Part shown: positions 40,246-49,585 of the stretch, one piece after another | Layout of the letters: each line of letters starts with the position of its first letter | How positions within the stretch are numbered: the stretch's first letter is position 1 | Source of the DNA: a bacterium | GTDB taxonomy: Bacteria > SAR324 > JACQKK01 | DNA: 64,000 nucleotides | Direction: 5' to 3' | NCBI GenBank assembly: GCA_965240465.1 | Contig: OZ251219.1 | Span: forward strand, 1,120,001-1,184,000 | The notes under the pieces: model-generated | Told to the model about the DNA's origin: nothing | Databases searched by the model: none | What the model saw: the letters and a program-made list of their open reading frames with translations, nothing else | Position numbers and translations under genes: made by a program

Positions 40246-41037
40246 TTATCCTTTGGATTTTAACCTCAGACGCAATATCCACAGTAGCCAAGTCACTCCC
40301 AATAGCAACATCGGGATGCTCAACAGCATTCCCATGGTCAGTGGCCCCCAAAGATAACCTAATTGCGGGTCTGGTATGCGAATAAATTCTATCCCGATCC
40401 GTACTGCTCCATAGCCTGCGAAGAAAGAAGCGGATACTACTCCTCGGGGGGGATTTTTGCGTGCCAGCAAAAATAGCAACAGAAATAGAAACACTCCTTC
40501 CAGCAAGGATTCGTACAGCTGGGTGGGATGACGAGGTAGCTGCAAAGAGTCTGACTTAAATATAACGCCCCATTCTCTATTGGTAGGTATTCCATATAGC
40601 TCTCCATTTATGAAGTTGCCTATCCTACCCAGAAACAACCCAACTGGTAACCAAGGAATAAAGAAATCACCGACTGATACAAAGTCTAATTTTTTTCGCC
40701 AGACAAATAATAATAAAGCTGTAATTACCCCTAATAGTCCGCCATGAAATGACATCCCTCCCTGCCATATTTTTAGCACCTGCAAAGGATCTCGCCACAG
40801 AATGCCTTCGCCATAAAACAGAGTCCAACCAATCCGCCCTCCTAGTAACACCCCAAGAATCAAGTACAGCATAAACGCATAGGAGTCATCTTTGCTGAGG
40901 TACCCTCCGTGACTAGATTTCCACTGCACCCAAATATGAAAACCCACAAATGAGATCGCATACATAAGCCCGTACCACATAACGCGGAAGATACCTATCT
41001 GAAATATTATGGGATCTAGGTCGTGGGTATAAATCAT
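40246..41037 (-). CDS. lgt: Prolipoprotein diacylglyceryl transferase
   Basis: WYGLMY, GGMSFHGG, GRIGNFINGE, RHPTQLYE. Confidence 0.97.
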   Translation of the reverse strand: MIYTHDLDPIIFQIGIFRVMWYGLMYAISFVGFHIWVQWKSSHGGYLSKDDSYAFMLYLILGVLLGGRIGWTLFYGEGILWRDPLQVLKIWQGGMSFHGGLLGVITALLLFVWRKKLDFVSVGDFFIPWLPVGLFLGRIGNFINGELYGIPTNREWGVIFKSDSLQLPRHPTQLYESLLEGVFLFLLLFLLARKNPPRGVVSASFFAGYGAVRIGIEFIRIPDPQLGYLWGPLTMGMLLSIPMLLLGVTWLLWILRLRLKSKG

Positions 41038-41124
41038 TATTGTACTTTGAAGAACATTCGGCAGCCTATTGTCAGGCGATTCCTAGCTAGTCTTTATTAT
41101 GTATACAGGCAGTCTTAGATTGCA

Positions 41125-41152
41125 AAACACAAATGGTGAAACACAAATGGTG
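41125..41152. repeat. Tandem duplication, 14-bp unit AAACACAAATGGTG, 2 copies
   Basis: Read directly in the lgt-zapA divergent intergenic region. Confidence 0.85.
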
Positions 41153-41234
41153 ATATTTAGCATTCCCATTTATGGAGGGGTTGAAAAAATACTTTCTCCC
41201 TCTTAATATAATAGTTATACAATGACATTATCAA

Positions 41235-41747
41235 TTGGGCATTATAAATTTACTGTTATTGGATTTTTTGCACTTTAGCCGCGGTTTCGCCATTATTACT
41301 CCAGACTACAATCATGCTGAGGATTACTCCGATACCGAATCAAGCAGTGCCGAGGGTAGTGCCGAGGGTAGTGCCGAGGGTAGTGCCGAGGGTAGTGAAG
41401 GTGCCGAGGCAAGTACTGACACCTCAGACGGTTTGCCTCTTTTTAGTCATGACATTCAGCTAGCAAGCAAGAATTTTACTATTTCCAGTAGCCGCAATGA
41501 AATTCACATTCGCAAGGTGGAAAGTTTAGTAGCTAGGGTTCATGCTCAGGTTACTGAGAAGCTAGGACGAGCATCATCTCTAAATGTAGCGTTGTTAACG
41601 GCTCTCAATTTGGCGGATCAGTTGATTGCCCTGCAGGAGTGCATCCAGCAACAAGACAGCAAAGAAAAGCTGACCATGCTGATGCAAGAATTGGACGAGG
41701 TGCTTAATTTGGAAGGTTCTACCTGGTCCAACGCAGATAGGTCTTAA
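41235..41747 (+). CDS. zapA: Cell division protein ZapA with acidic N-terminal extension; start uncertain
   Basis: IQLASKNFTI...E.HI.KV...VALLTALNLADQL followed by a coiled coil. Confidence 0.75.
   Translation: MGIINLLLLDFLHFSRGFAIITPDYNHAEDYSDTESSSAEGSAEGSAEGSAEGSEGAEASTDTSDGLPLFSHDIQLASKNFTISSSRNEIHIRKVESLVARVHAQVTEKLGRASSLNVALLTALNLADQLIALQECIQQQDSKEKLTMLMQELDEVLNLEGSTWSNADRS
41346..41393. repeat. Tandem repeat, 12-bp unit AGTGCCGAGGGT, 4 copies (SAEG)
   Basis: Read directly. In frame with zapA. Confidence 0.95.
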
Positions 41748-43161
41748 ATATTCTTGCCATCCTAGGAGTGAAAGAGTATTTGCGATTAGCATCTGCTGCT
41801 TGACGGCAAATTTCCGCCAGGGTGGGATAAGGATGGATGGTATTACTGATGGTGCTAAGTGGCAGCTGATGCTGGATGACCAGGGTCAGTTGAGAGATTA
41901 TTTCTCCTGCGTGAGGCGAGATAAGATAAGCTCCCAGCAGAGTGTTTTTCTTAGTATTGACGATCAGTTTCAAGAAACCATTGGTGCTACCGTCTGTGAT
42001 GGCCCGGTCAATTTTGCTAAGAGGCAGTTTGACAACCCGATAAGGAAGGTTTTGTTGTTGTGTTTGGGTTTCGCTGAGGCCAGCGTGAGCGATTTCGGGA
42101 TCGGTGAAGATACACCATGGAACGGCGTGGTATTGGATTTTGCTTTTAACGGGTAGCAGGGCATTTTGAATGATAGTGCGTGCTTGCTGCCCTGCCATGT
42201 GGGTAAAGAGGTAAGGACCGGAGGCATCACCGCAAGCGAAAATGTTTTTTAGATTGGTTTGCATACGCTGATTTACGGTAATAAATCCTTGCTGAGTTTT
42301 AATTCCCAGTTCCTTTAGCCCAATATTTTCGGTGTTGGGTTTTCTCCCAGCGGCGACTAGGATTTTGTCAACCACGAGCGATTGTGGCTGCTGGTTATGG
42401 GGTTCAAGTTGAACAGACAGACGCTGACCTTGTTTTTGGACTGAGGTGACTGTGGTATTGGTGTAGATATTCAGCCCTTCTCCTTGGAGAGTTGTTTGAA
42501 GCGATTCGGATACATCGGGATCTTCGCGGCTTAGCAAGCGGGGCGAAGATCCTGCCAGATATACTTGGCTGCCAAGACGAGCGAGACTCTGCCCTAACTC
42601 AACCCCAATAGCCCCTCCGCCAATAACTAGAATAGTAGCAGGCTGGGTAGGATGGTAAAAAATGCTCTCATTAGTCAAAAAATCACTACCTGCCAAACCG
42701 GGAATATCGGGTATGGCTGGCTGACTGCCAGTTGAGATCAAGACGGATTTAGCTTTCAGGGTGATGGGTTCTTTATCGGGTGCGGTGACGGTCACCTGAT
42801 TAGGAGCGGTCAGTTTTCCTTGCCCTAGGAAGACATTCACCCCTAGCGATTGAAAGCGTTCCACAGAATCGTGCGGGGCGATGGTATCAACGGCATGCTG
42901 GACGTGCTGGATGACTTGTTTCCAGCTAATTTTTGGTTCTGCAGGAGGAAGCCCAAAACCTCCTTTGCGGGTAAGGTGGGCTTGTTTTGCACAGCGGATG
43001 AAGGCTTTTGAAGGAACACAGCCATAATTCAAGCAATCTCCGCCCATTTTATGTGCTTCTACTAGGGCTACTCGGGCACCTAGCCCAGCTGCTCCCGCAG
43101 CAGCTAATAAGCCTCCCGAGCCTCCGCCAATGATGATGATATTATAAGCAGATTTAATCAT
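41719..43161 (-). CDS. Class I pyridine nucleotide-disulfide oxidoreductase (dihydrolipoamide dehydrogenase/MerA-like)
   Basis: GGGSGG, GGDCLNYGCVPSK redox-active disulfide, GGGAIG, HPYPT. Confidence 0.9.
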   Translation of the reverse strand: MIKSAYNIIIIGGGSGGLLAAAGAAGLGARVALVEAHKMGGDCLNYGCVPSKAFIRCAKQAHLTRKGGFGLPPAEPKISWKQVIQHVQHAVDTIAPHDSVERFQSLGVNVFLGQGKLTAPNQVTVTAPDKEPITLKAKSVLISTGSQPAIPDIPGLAGSDFLTNESIFYHPTQPATILVIGGGAIGVELGQSLARLGSQVYLAGSSPRLLSREDPDVSESLQTTLQGEGLNIYTNTTVTSVQKQGQRLSVQLEPHNQQPQSLVVDKILVAAGRKPNTENIGLKELGIKTQQGFITVNQRMQTNLKNIFACGDASGPYLFTHMAGQQARTIIQNALLPVKSKIQYHAVPWCIFTDPEIAHAGLSETQTQQQNLPYRVVKLPLSKIDRAITDGSTNGFLKLIVNTKKNTLLGAYLISPHAGEIISQLTLVIQHQLPLSTISNTIHPYPTLAEICRQAADANRKYSFTPRMARIFKTYLRWTR

Positions 43162-43850
43162 GTCATGGCTGAAGAAGAAAAAATGAAAACAAGCACCGCA
43201 GCTTGACTGATTGGGGAGGCACTTTTATCTGGCTTGTCGGGGTATTGATAAATGTCATGGAGCTGGAAGCCATATTTGAGAGGGTTTATTGCTAGGCATT
43301 TTCGGGAGTGTTGTTTTCCTTGCATTGAGAATAGCAATCCGTTGGGCTTTAGGAAAGAGGCTGCCAATTTAAGTTGAGTCGTCAGACTGGCAAATGCACG
43401 ACAGATTATCCCATCAAAAGACTGTTGCCAAGCAGCTTGTTTTTCGAGCTGGTCAGCGTTGTCACACACAATGGATACATTTTCCAATGCCAGTTTGCGG
43501 ACTACTTCGGTTTGAAAGGTAGTTTTTTTGTGTGAGGAATCCAAGCAGGTAATTTGGCAATTCGGCTGACAAATTGCGAGCAGCAATCCCGGTAGACCAG
43601 CACCGCTACCGATGTCTAGCCAGATTCGGGGTTTTGAAAAGAGAGGAGTTGTTTGTACTGCCAAGCAATCATAGATATGTCTTTGGAGCAGTCGTTCGGG
43701 GTGGAGGTCATGTTTAGAAATCAGATTGATGGAATTTCCCCAATGTAGCAACATGTTACAGTAGGTTTTGATGCGAGTCAGAGACAGCTCATCCAGGGTT
43801 AACCCCAGCCGTTGGATGAAAGTAGGGATGTGGTACAGTTCAGCGAGCAT
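43158..43850 (-). CDS. rsmG: 16S rRNA m7G527 methyltransferase
   Basis: NLIS...RHIYD, DIGSGAGLPG, LDS..KK..F, CRAFA. Start placed at ATG 43850 because the longer ORF overlaps the upstream gene. Confidence 0.92.
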   Translation of the reverse strand: MLAELYHIPTFIQRLGLTLDELSLTRIKTYCNMLLHWGNSINLISKHDLHPERLLQRHIYDCLAVQTTPLFSKPRIWLDIGSGAGLPGLLLAICQPNCQITCLDSSHKKTTFQTEVVRKLALENVSIVCDNADQLEKQAAWQQSFDGIICRAFASLTTQLKLAASFLKPNGLLFSMQGKQHSRKCLAINPLKYGFQLHDIYQYPDKPDKSASPISQAAVLVFIFSSSAMT

Positions 43851-43896
43851 TCCAGACAAAGGAATTGTGGGGTCTGTGCTTACAAGTTGGGGAGGC

Positions 43897-45177
43897 TTAG
43901 AACGTTCCTTGGAGACCAAAGGAAGTGATTTTACGCTTGATGACATTGCTACTGGTTTCAGTAGATTCGCTATTGGGGACGTTTTTAGAGTCGTTACTAG
44001 AGGAGGTTTGTGAGGCGAGCAAGCTGATTCTATCAGTGATTTTGAAGCGGAGTCGGATTTTAGTTTCTTGGCGGTCGTCTTTGCGGATATTTTTGGTATA
44101 TTTGCGGACTTGTTGTTGGAAATTAACATTCAAGCTTAATTTTCCGATGGCACCCCGAGCATCTACGAGCAAGGTGTTGTAGTCGTACTTGGAGTCATCG
44201 GTGCCTTCTGAGTCGCTTCCAACGACGAAGCTGGGAGCAATAGAAGCCCTTAATTCTTTGTTCGCAAATCGCACTCCCAACTTTGCTCTTTGGGCGGATA
44301 CGGCAACCTTGCTAGTATCAGCGAATTTTTTTTGGTTTAAGTTAATATCTGCACCCGCTCCTTGACCTCCTAACAGGTATCGGCCAACGCCCCCAGCCAG
44401 AGTATAAGAATTGCTAACATAATAATCTTTTTCCCCGACATCTACATCGCCAAGGCTGAATGTAAATCGTAGTTGCGGGGATGTTTTGCGGAAGGTACTG
44501 CTGAGGCCAATCACGTAAGCATCTACATTGTAAGTATTAAATTCTTCTTTAGCATAGCTGGTGCTTTGCCCAGAGAAGAACATCTGCCCTAGGGAGAAGT
44601 TTTGTCCAAAAACGATACTGGTTACGGTGCGATTGGCTTCGGTGGAGGCAGTTTGGTCATCAACGGTGGTGGGATTGGAGTCCTTTTCTTGGTCAAATCC
44701 TAGGGAGAAAAACCTTTGGCTACCACGGCCTTTTTGCAGGGTTTCCGTTTTTATAGTTCGGATAATGAATATTTTTTTACTAACATTGCCTTTTTCATCG
44801 GTGGCGATAACCTTTACAGTGGTTTTCCGTCGTTTGAAGTTAAACAATTTAGTAACACTAACGATACGCCCTGGGACAATTTCTTGTTCTTTGCCATTGA
44901 TTTTCAATTCTGTTATTTTGTCGTCATCTACGACAACAAAGTCTACCAAGAGTTCGCCTCTCAAGACCTCGGTTCTTTCAGCCAGTTCCGATGAGAGTAT
45001 TCGGGGGGGAGTTAGCTCAGTAGGGAGGGCATCAGCTTTTTTTTGGGCTTGAGCAGGCGAAGTTAACCACAAGCTACATGCTAGCAAAGTGAGGGTAGCG
45101 AAGGAGAATTTCATTTTTTGTAGATTTTTGGCTATCATCAGCATCCTTAGAAATGTTTCCAGCGAGAAGCTGTCCAT
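43897..45177 (-). CDS. Outer-membrane beta-barrel protein with N-terminal Ig-like domain
   Basis: Signal peptide ending AQA, Ig-like segment (L.ING...VKVIATDEKGN), alternating beta-strands, terminal Phe (FGLQGTF). Confidence 0.65.
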   Translation of the reverse strand: MDSFSLETFLRMLMIAKNLQKMKFSFATLTLLACSLWLTSPAQAQKKADALPTELTPPRILSSELAERTEVLRGELLVDFVVVDDDKITELKINGKEQEIVPGRIVSVTKLFNFKRRKTTVKVIATDEKGNVSKKIFIIRTIKTETLQKGRGSQRFFSLGFDQEKDSNPTTVDDQTASTEANRTVTSIVFGQNFSLGQMFFSGQSTSYAKEEFNTYNVDAYVIGLSSTFRKTSPQLRFTFSLGDVDVGEKDYYVSNSYTLAGGVGRYLLGGQGAGADINLNQKKFADTSKVAVSAQRAKLGVRFANKELRASIAPSFVVGSDSEGTDDSKYDYNTLLVDARGAIGKLSLNVNFQQQVRKYTKNIRKDDRQETKIRLRFKITDRISLLASQTSSSNDSKNVPNSESTETSSNVIKRKITSFGLQGTF

Positions 45178-45317
45178 TTGCTTCTCGCAAGGCGGGAGGC
45201 AACAAACAATTTCCTTGTCACATTCACAACAAGGAGACTTTGTAGTGTGTATATTCTTTTACAAGCAAAAAGCAATCTCTCATTATGGCTATCACACTTA
45301 AAATTTGGATTGTCCAG

Positions 45318-46220
45318 TTATTTGGATTGTCCAGGCGGTATCACGATAACGCCGTTACTTGGATCCTGAATGACTTTTATATTAGTTTTAAATTCATCTA
45401 TTTCTTCTACGATGGATCCGATAACATCCTTCACTGATTCAGTGGTAGAGGTGGCTTTTTCTTTTTTAGCATCATCTTCATCTTCATCGGGGAAGAAGAG
45501 CGAAGGATCTTCTAGGTCTTTGGGCTCAGCTTCTTTTAATTTAGCGGATTCCACAAATGAGTCCCCAGATTTGTCTTTAGAATCGGTTGGAGTGGGATCT
45601 TTGTCAAAAACCTTTTTTATTTCTTCCGAAGCGACACGTGGTTTTGCCAGTTGTCCATTAGTTGAGCCGCCTATGCTTCCTTCGTTGACTACCACAGCTT
45701 GGCTGAGGTCATTTTGTAGTTGTACCTGATCTTTTGATACAAATAGCACGGAATCACCATTACTGGCTACTTCTACAACATATTCGGTTCCTTTTATCCC
45801 TGCGACATAGTTAGGTGTTTTCACCGCAAAACGCTGTCCTTTACTAAGTGATTGCAGTGTTTTCAGACGGAAACGGCCGTACATGGCACGCAAACGACCT
45901 TGTATATTGTTTCTGGTGAATTGCTTGACCATAAAAACTGAATTGCTGTACAAAGTAATCTGAACTTGTCTCTGGTTTTTGGGCTTGAGTTGTACCAAGC
46001 CTTTTTGACCTACTTGTACGACATCGCCTTCTTCCACAGGAGAAATTTCAGGTGCTCGCAACAATATTTCTTTGTCTTGACGCACAATAGTGGCACTACC
46101 CTTCACAATGCGAATATCGGCATATTGGGCTTGTGCTAATGTTGAGTACGAAAGGCAGATTACCAACATTCCTAGAATGGTTGTAGCCAACAAGATGGAA
46201 TGGGTGGTGTTTCTCTTCAT
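45318..46220 (-). CDS. Exported FecR-domain protein with acidic tail
   Basis: Signal peptide. VKG.A.I.R...V.EGD.V.VG and F.VKTP..VAGIKGTEY.V FecR signature. Confidence 0.8.
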   Translation of the reverse strand: MKRNTTHSILLATTILGMLVICLSYSTLAQAQYADIRIVKGSATIVRQDKEILLRAPEISPVEEGDVVQVGQKGLVQLKPKNQRQVQITLYSNSVFMVKQFTRNNIQGRLRAMYGRFRLKTLQSLSKGQRFAVKTPNYVAGIKGTEYVVEVASNGDSVLFVSKDQVQLQNDLSQAVVVNEGSIGGSTNGQLAKPRVASEEIKKVFDKDPTPTDSKDKSGDSFVESAKLKEAEPKDLEDPSLFFPDEDEDDAKKEKATSTTESVKDVIGSIVEEIDEFKTNIKVIQDPSNGVIVIPPGQSK

Positions 46221-46461
46221 GATGATCTCTCATTTTTTCTTGGAATTATTTCAGAATTACTCTTCAGAATCATTTCAGAGCTCTTTTCCTTGAATAAGAA
46301 CCACCTATATTTTCCCACATTTAAGGCAATCAAGTCAAGTTTTTGGGTTAAGGGTTTTGCTAAGGGAGAGCTAAGGCATAAAATTGGATTATTTCTTTTC
46401 TTTCTTTCATTTAATTTATATTTTTTGGGTTAAGATCCAATTTTGGTCGTAGGTTTCAATT

Positions 46462-46866
46462 TTGCAACTGGAAATTCTTACTCGTGAAAAAGTGGTGTTA
46501 AACACCGATATTCTCTGGGTTAATTTGCCCGCAGAAAATGGAGAAATAGGGATTCTTCCCCAGCACGCACCCTTAGTAACCACTCTTGACTCAGGCGTGC
46601 TAAGCTATCAGCCAAATGGTAAAACTACTTTTGTGGCGGTTCATTATGGCTATGCCCGCATTGATGGAGAAAAAGTGATCGTCATGTGTAAAATGTGCGA
46701 ATTAGTGCCAGATATTGACCTAAAAAGAGCTCAGGAAGCCGAACAAAAAGCAGGAAAAACCATGCAGGAAATGTTTGCTGAACAAGCCTCGCCCGAGCAA
46801 ATGCAGGTTTATGCTGCTAAATTGAAGCGTGCCATCATAAGACAAAGTGCCTGCCAATCTGCTTAG
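46462..46866 (+). CDS. atpC: ATP synthase F1 epsilon subunit
   Basis: LEILT.E, LPAENGEIGILPQHAPL, IDLKRAQEA...LKRA..R. TTG start. Confidence 0.93.
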   Translation: MQLEILTREKVVLNTDILWVNLPAENGEIGILPQHAPLVTTLDSGVLSYQPNGKTTFVAVHYGYARIDGEKVIVMCKMCELVPDIDLKRAQEAEQKAGKTMQEMFAEQASPEQMQVYAAKLKRAIIRQSACQSA

Positions 46867-46901
46867 AGTGAAACACATAGCCAGATTTAAGTGAGATCAA
46901 T

Positions 46902-49571
46902 ATGAAAGCATTTCTTAGATTGCGACTATGGGTACGGATTTGTTTGGGATTTGGTGGCTTGGGATTATTCAGTTTGGGGTGGCTGTATATTACTCTGCCA
47001 TCCATTGATGCTTTAGATAATCCCGAGTTCAGTTTGCCGACCATCATTTACGATAGGCATGGCAATCGGGTAGATTCGTTGTACATAAAGCAGCGTAAGT
47101 TGGTGGAGTACGATGAGTTACCGCCTCATTTGATAAACGCACTGCTGGCGAAGGAAGATGCTCGTTTTATAGATCATCACGGGATTGACCCAGTTAGGAT
47201 TGTCAAGGCGGCGTGGGTAAATTTTTTGGCATTGGATGCTGTGCAAGGTGCGAGTACTTTGACTCAGCAGACGGCGCGTCAGTTTTTTCTTACCTTGGAG
47301 AAGACTTGGTCGCGCAAGTTTCGGGAGATATTACTGGCATTAAAGATAGAGCGTAAGTTCAGCAAGAAGCAGATAATCACCTTGTATTTGAACAAGGTCA
47401 ATTTTGGGGATGTCTGGGGAGTGTCGGCGGCGGCGGAGCATTATTTCGGCAAGGAGGTACAGGAATTGAATCTAGAAGAAGGGGCTACTTTGATAGGGCT
47501 ATTACCGGCACCCAATTTGTACAAGCCTACTAGGAATCCTCATTTAGCCTTGAAGCATCGCAACATTGTACTTCAGCGGATGGAAAATGAAGAGGCAATT
47601 AGTAATTTGGAATACTTGGCGGCGATAAAGCGTCCTCTAAAGATCGCGGCTGGCAAGGAGGATGTATCCAAGGCAGCTTCTTATTATGTAGAGCTGGTAC
47701 GTCGCAGATTGCAGGAGAAATTCGGAAGCAAAAAACTTTATGAGGGAGGCTTACATGTCTACACCTCCATGTCCTTAGATTTTCAGCGAGCTGCGTATAA
47801 AGCACTTCTCAATGGAGTAAGGGAAATAAACATTAGGCAAGGATATCGTCCTACCGAGGAGTCGGTGCAATTGAAGGGCTCGCAGAACAAGGAGATTTTC
47901 GCCAGCCTGAATCCCAGCCTCCCAGACGGTTCTGTTAATGGGATGGAAATATTCATTCCCGAAAAGAGATTTAATGCGGTAGTGGTGTCACTAAATTCTC
48001 AGCAAGCACTCTTGCAGTTTTCTGCTCAGCATCAAGGACTGCTATTGCTCAATGATGTCAATAAACGCTGGAAGATCTTGCTTCGCTATCAAGGTTCTAA
48101 ATTACATCAAGAAACATTTTCGTCTCTTGCCCGAGCGATGAAATTAGGTAGTCTCGTTCAGGTTATCGCCTTGGATAAAACGCAAAATGGCATAAGACGC
48201 TTCCAATTACATCAATATCCCTTAGCCAATGGAGCGGTCTACGCGGCAGATCCCAACAGCGGTGAAGTGCTGGCAATGGTAGGCGGAATACGCTTTGGTC
48301 GCTCTCAAGGTGAAAGTGAGTTTATACGAGCTACCCAAGCTCAAAGACAGCCCGGTTCTGCGTTTAAGCCCATAATATACGCGGCTGCCCTAGATGAAGG
48401 CTTTACTCCAGCCACCATCCTAGATGATAGCCCACGTACCTTTGTGTTACAGACAGGTAAGAAGCATACTCCTCAAAACTACGATCAACGCTTCTTGGGG
48501 TTCGTTAGTTTGCGCGATTCTTTAGTTCGCAGTAGGAATGTGCCTACCGTGCAGCTGGTACAGAATATAGGTGTAGATAGAGTAATTGAGTATTCTCGCA
48601 AGTTTGGTATTTCCACTCCTATTCCTAGGGAAGGCCTGATTGCCTTGGGTACTCATTCAGTTAAATTATCCGAACTCACCCGTGCCTATGGCGTGTTTGC
48701 CTCAGGAGGATACCTTGCCAAGCCCATCTATATCCTTCGCGTTGAAGATAGTGATGGCAAAATTCTGCTTGAAAATACACCAGAAAGCGAAGAAATTATT
48801 TCTCCTAGCACGGCTTTCTTAATTACCGATATACTCCGTGATGTGGTTAGGCGTCCCTCAGGTACTGCCTATCGTGCCTTGCGAGGACTAAATCTGCCCG
48901 CGGCAGGTAAAACAGGAACTACCCAAAATTACACTGATGCTTGGTACATCGGCTTTTTGCCTCAGCTCATCGCAGGGGTGTACGTCGGCATAGATGACCA
49001 CCGCAAATCGTTGGGTTCTTATGAAACTGGCTCACGGGCGGCGGCTCCAGTTTGGAAGAACTTTATTGCACAGATCTCATCGCTATTGACCGTTGAATCC
49101 TTCTTGCAACCTAACTCTGTGGTGACTCATCGTGTCAGCAAGAATGGACAATTCATCACTAGGTGCGATGAACAAACTGAACAACGCTATGAACTCTTTA
49201 AGCAAGAATCCATCCCGCCACGCAACAAAAGTGCTTGCGATGTCCTACCTAACATTGCCAAAGGACCGCCACCGCAGTCATCGGATGGCTATGACACGGA
49301 TGGCTATGACACGGGTGACAATGACACGGGTGACAATGACACGGATGACAATGACACGGATGACATAGATCAGCTGGAAGAAGCTGATCTCGCTGAAATT
49401 GATGAAACAAATGATCCTATCGGTGAAGATGCTGATTCTGCCAAGGATGACAACACCGATGAGCAGCTACCCGAAGAAGAGCTGCCCGAAGAAGAGCTGC
49501 CCAAAGAAGAGCTGCCCAAAGAAGAGCTGCCCAAAGAAGATCTGCTCGAAGAAGAGGATTTCCAGCTTTAG
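46902..49571 (+). CDS. mrcA: Penicillin-binding protein 1A with acidic repetitive tail
   Basis: Transglycosylase EDARF.DHHG, GASTLTQQ, RK.RE. Transpeptidase SAFK, SRN, KTGT. Confidence 0.95.
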   Translation: MKAFLRLRLWVRICLGFGGLGLFSLGWLYITLPSIDALDNPEFSLPTIIYDRHGNRVDSLYIKQRKLVEYDELPPHLINALLAKEDARFIDHHGIDPVRIVKAAWVNFLALDAVQGASTLTQQTARQFFLTLEKTWSRKFREILLALKIERKFSKKQIITLYLNKVNFGDVWGVSAAAEHYFGKEVQELNLEEGATLIGLLPAPNLYKPTRNPHLALKHRNIVLQRMENEEAISNLEYLAAIKRPLKIAAGKEDVSKAASYYVELVRRRLQEKFGSKKLYEGGLHVYTSMSLDFQRAAYKALLNGVREINIRQGYRPTEESVQLKGSQNKEIFASLNPSLPDGSVNGMEIFIPEKRFNAVVVSLNSQQALLQFSAQHQGLLLLNDVNKRWKILLRYQGSKLHQETFSSLARAMKLGSLVQVIALDKTQNGIRRFQLHQYPLANGAVYAADPNSGEVLAMVGGIRFGRSQGESEFIRATQAQRQPGSAFKPIIYAAALDEGFTPATILDDSPRTFVLQTGKKHTPQNYDQRFLGFVSLRDSLVRSRNVPTVQLVQNIGVDRVIEYSRKFGISTPIPREGLIALGTHSVKLSELTRAYGVFASGGYLAKPIYILRVEDSDGKILLENTPESEEIISPSTAFLITDILRDVVRRPSGTAYRALRGLNLPAAGKTGTTQNYTDAWYIGFLPQLIAGVYVGIDDHRKSLGSYETGSRAAAPVWKNFIAQISSLLTVESFLQPNSVVTHRVSKNGQFITRCDEQTEQRYELFKQESIPPRNKSACDVLPNIAKGPPPQSSDGYDTDGYDTGDNDTGDNDTDDNDTDDIDQLEEADLAEIDETNDPIGEDADSAKDDNTDEQLPEEELPEEELPKEELPKEELPKEDLLEEEDFQL
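49284..49358. repeat. Intragenic 15-bp tandem repeat, 5 copies (DGYDT/GDNDT/DDNDT)
   Basis: Read directly. Confidence 0.92.
49464..49553. repeat. Intragenic 15-bp tandem repeat GAGCTGCCC(A/G)AAGAA, ~6 copies (ELPKE)
   Basis: Read directly. Confidence 0.92.
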
Positions 49572-49585
49572 ATGTTGCCCCAAAC

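Noticed and set aside
41719-43161. Mercuric reductase MerA
   Set aside because: Lacks the C-terminal Cys-Cys pair and mer operon context, so kept as a generic disulfide oxidoreductase.
43851-44129. N-terminal extension of RsmG in the ORF track
   Set aside because: It overlaps the 3' end of the upstream beta-barrel gene in another frame and has no RsmG similarity.
45005-45050. tRNA-like 5' half GGGGGAGTTAGCTCAGTAGGGAGGGCA
   Set aside because: No anticodon stem, T-arm or acceptor 3' strand follows. It lies antisense within a CDS (ADALPTELTPP), so it is probably coincidental.
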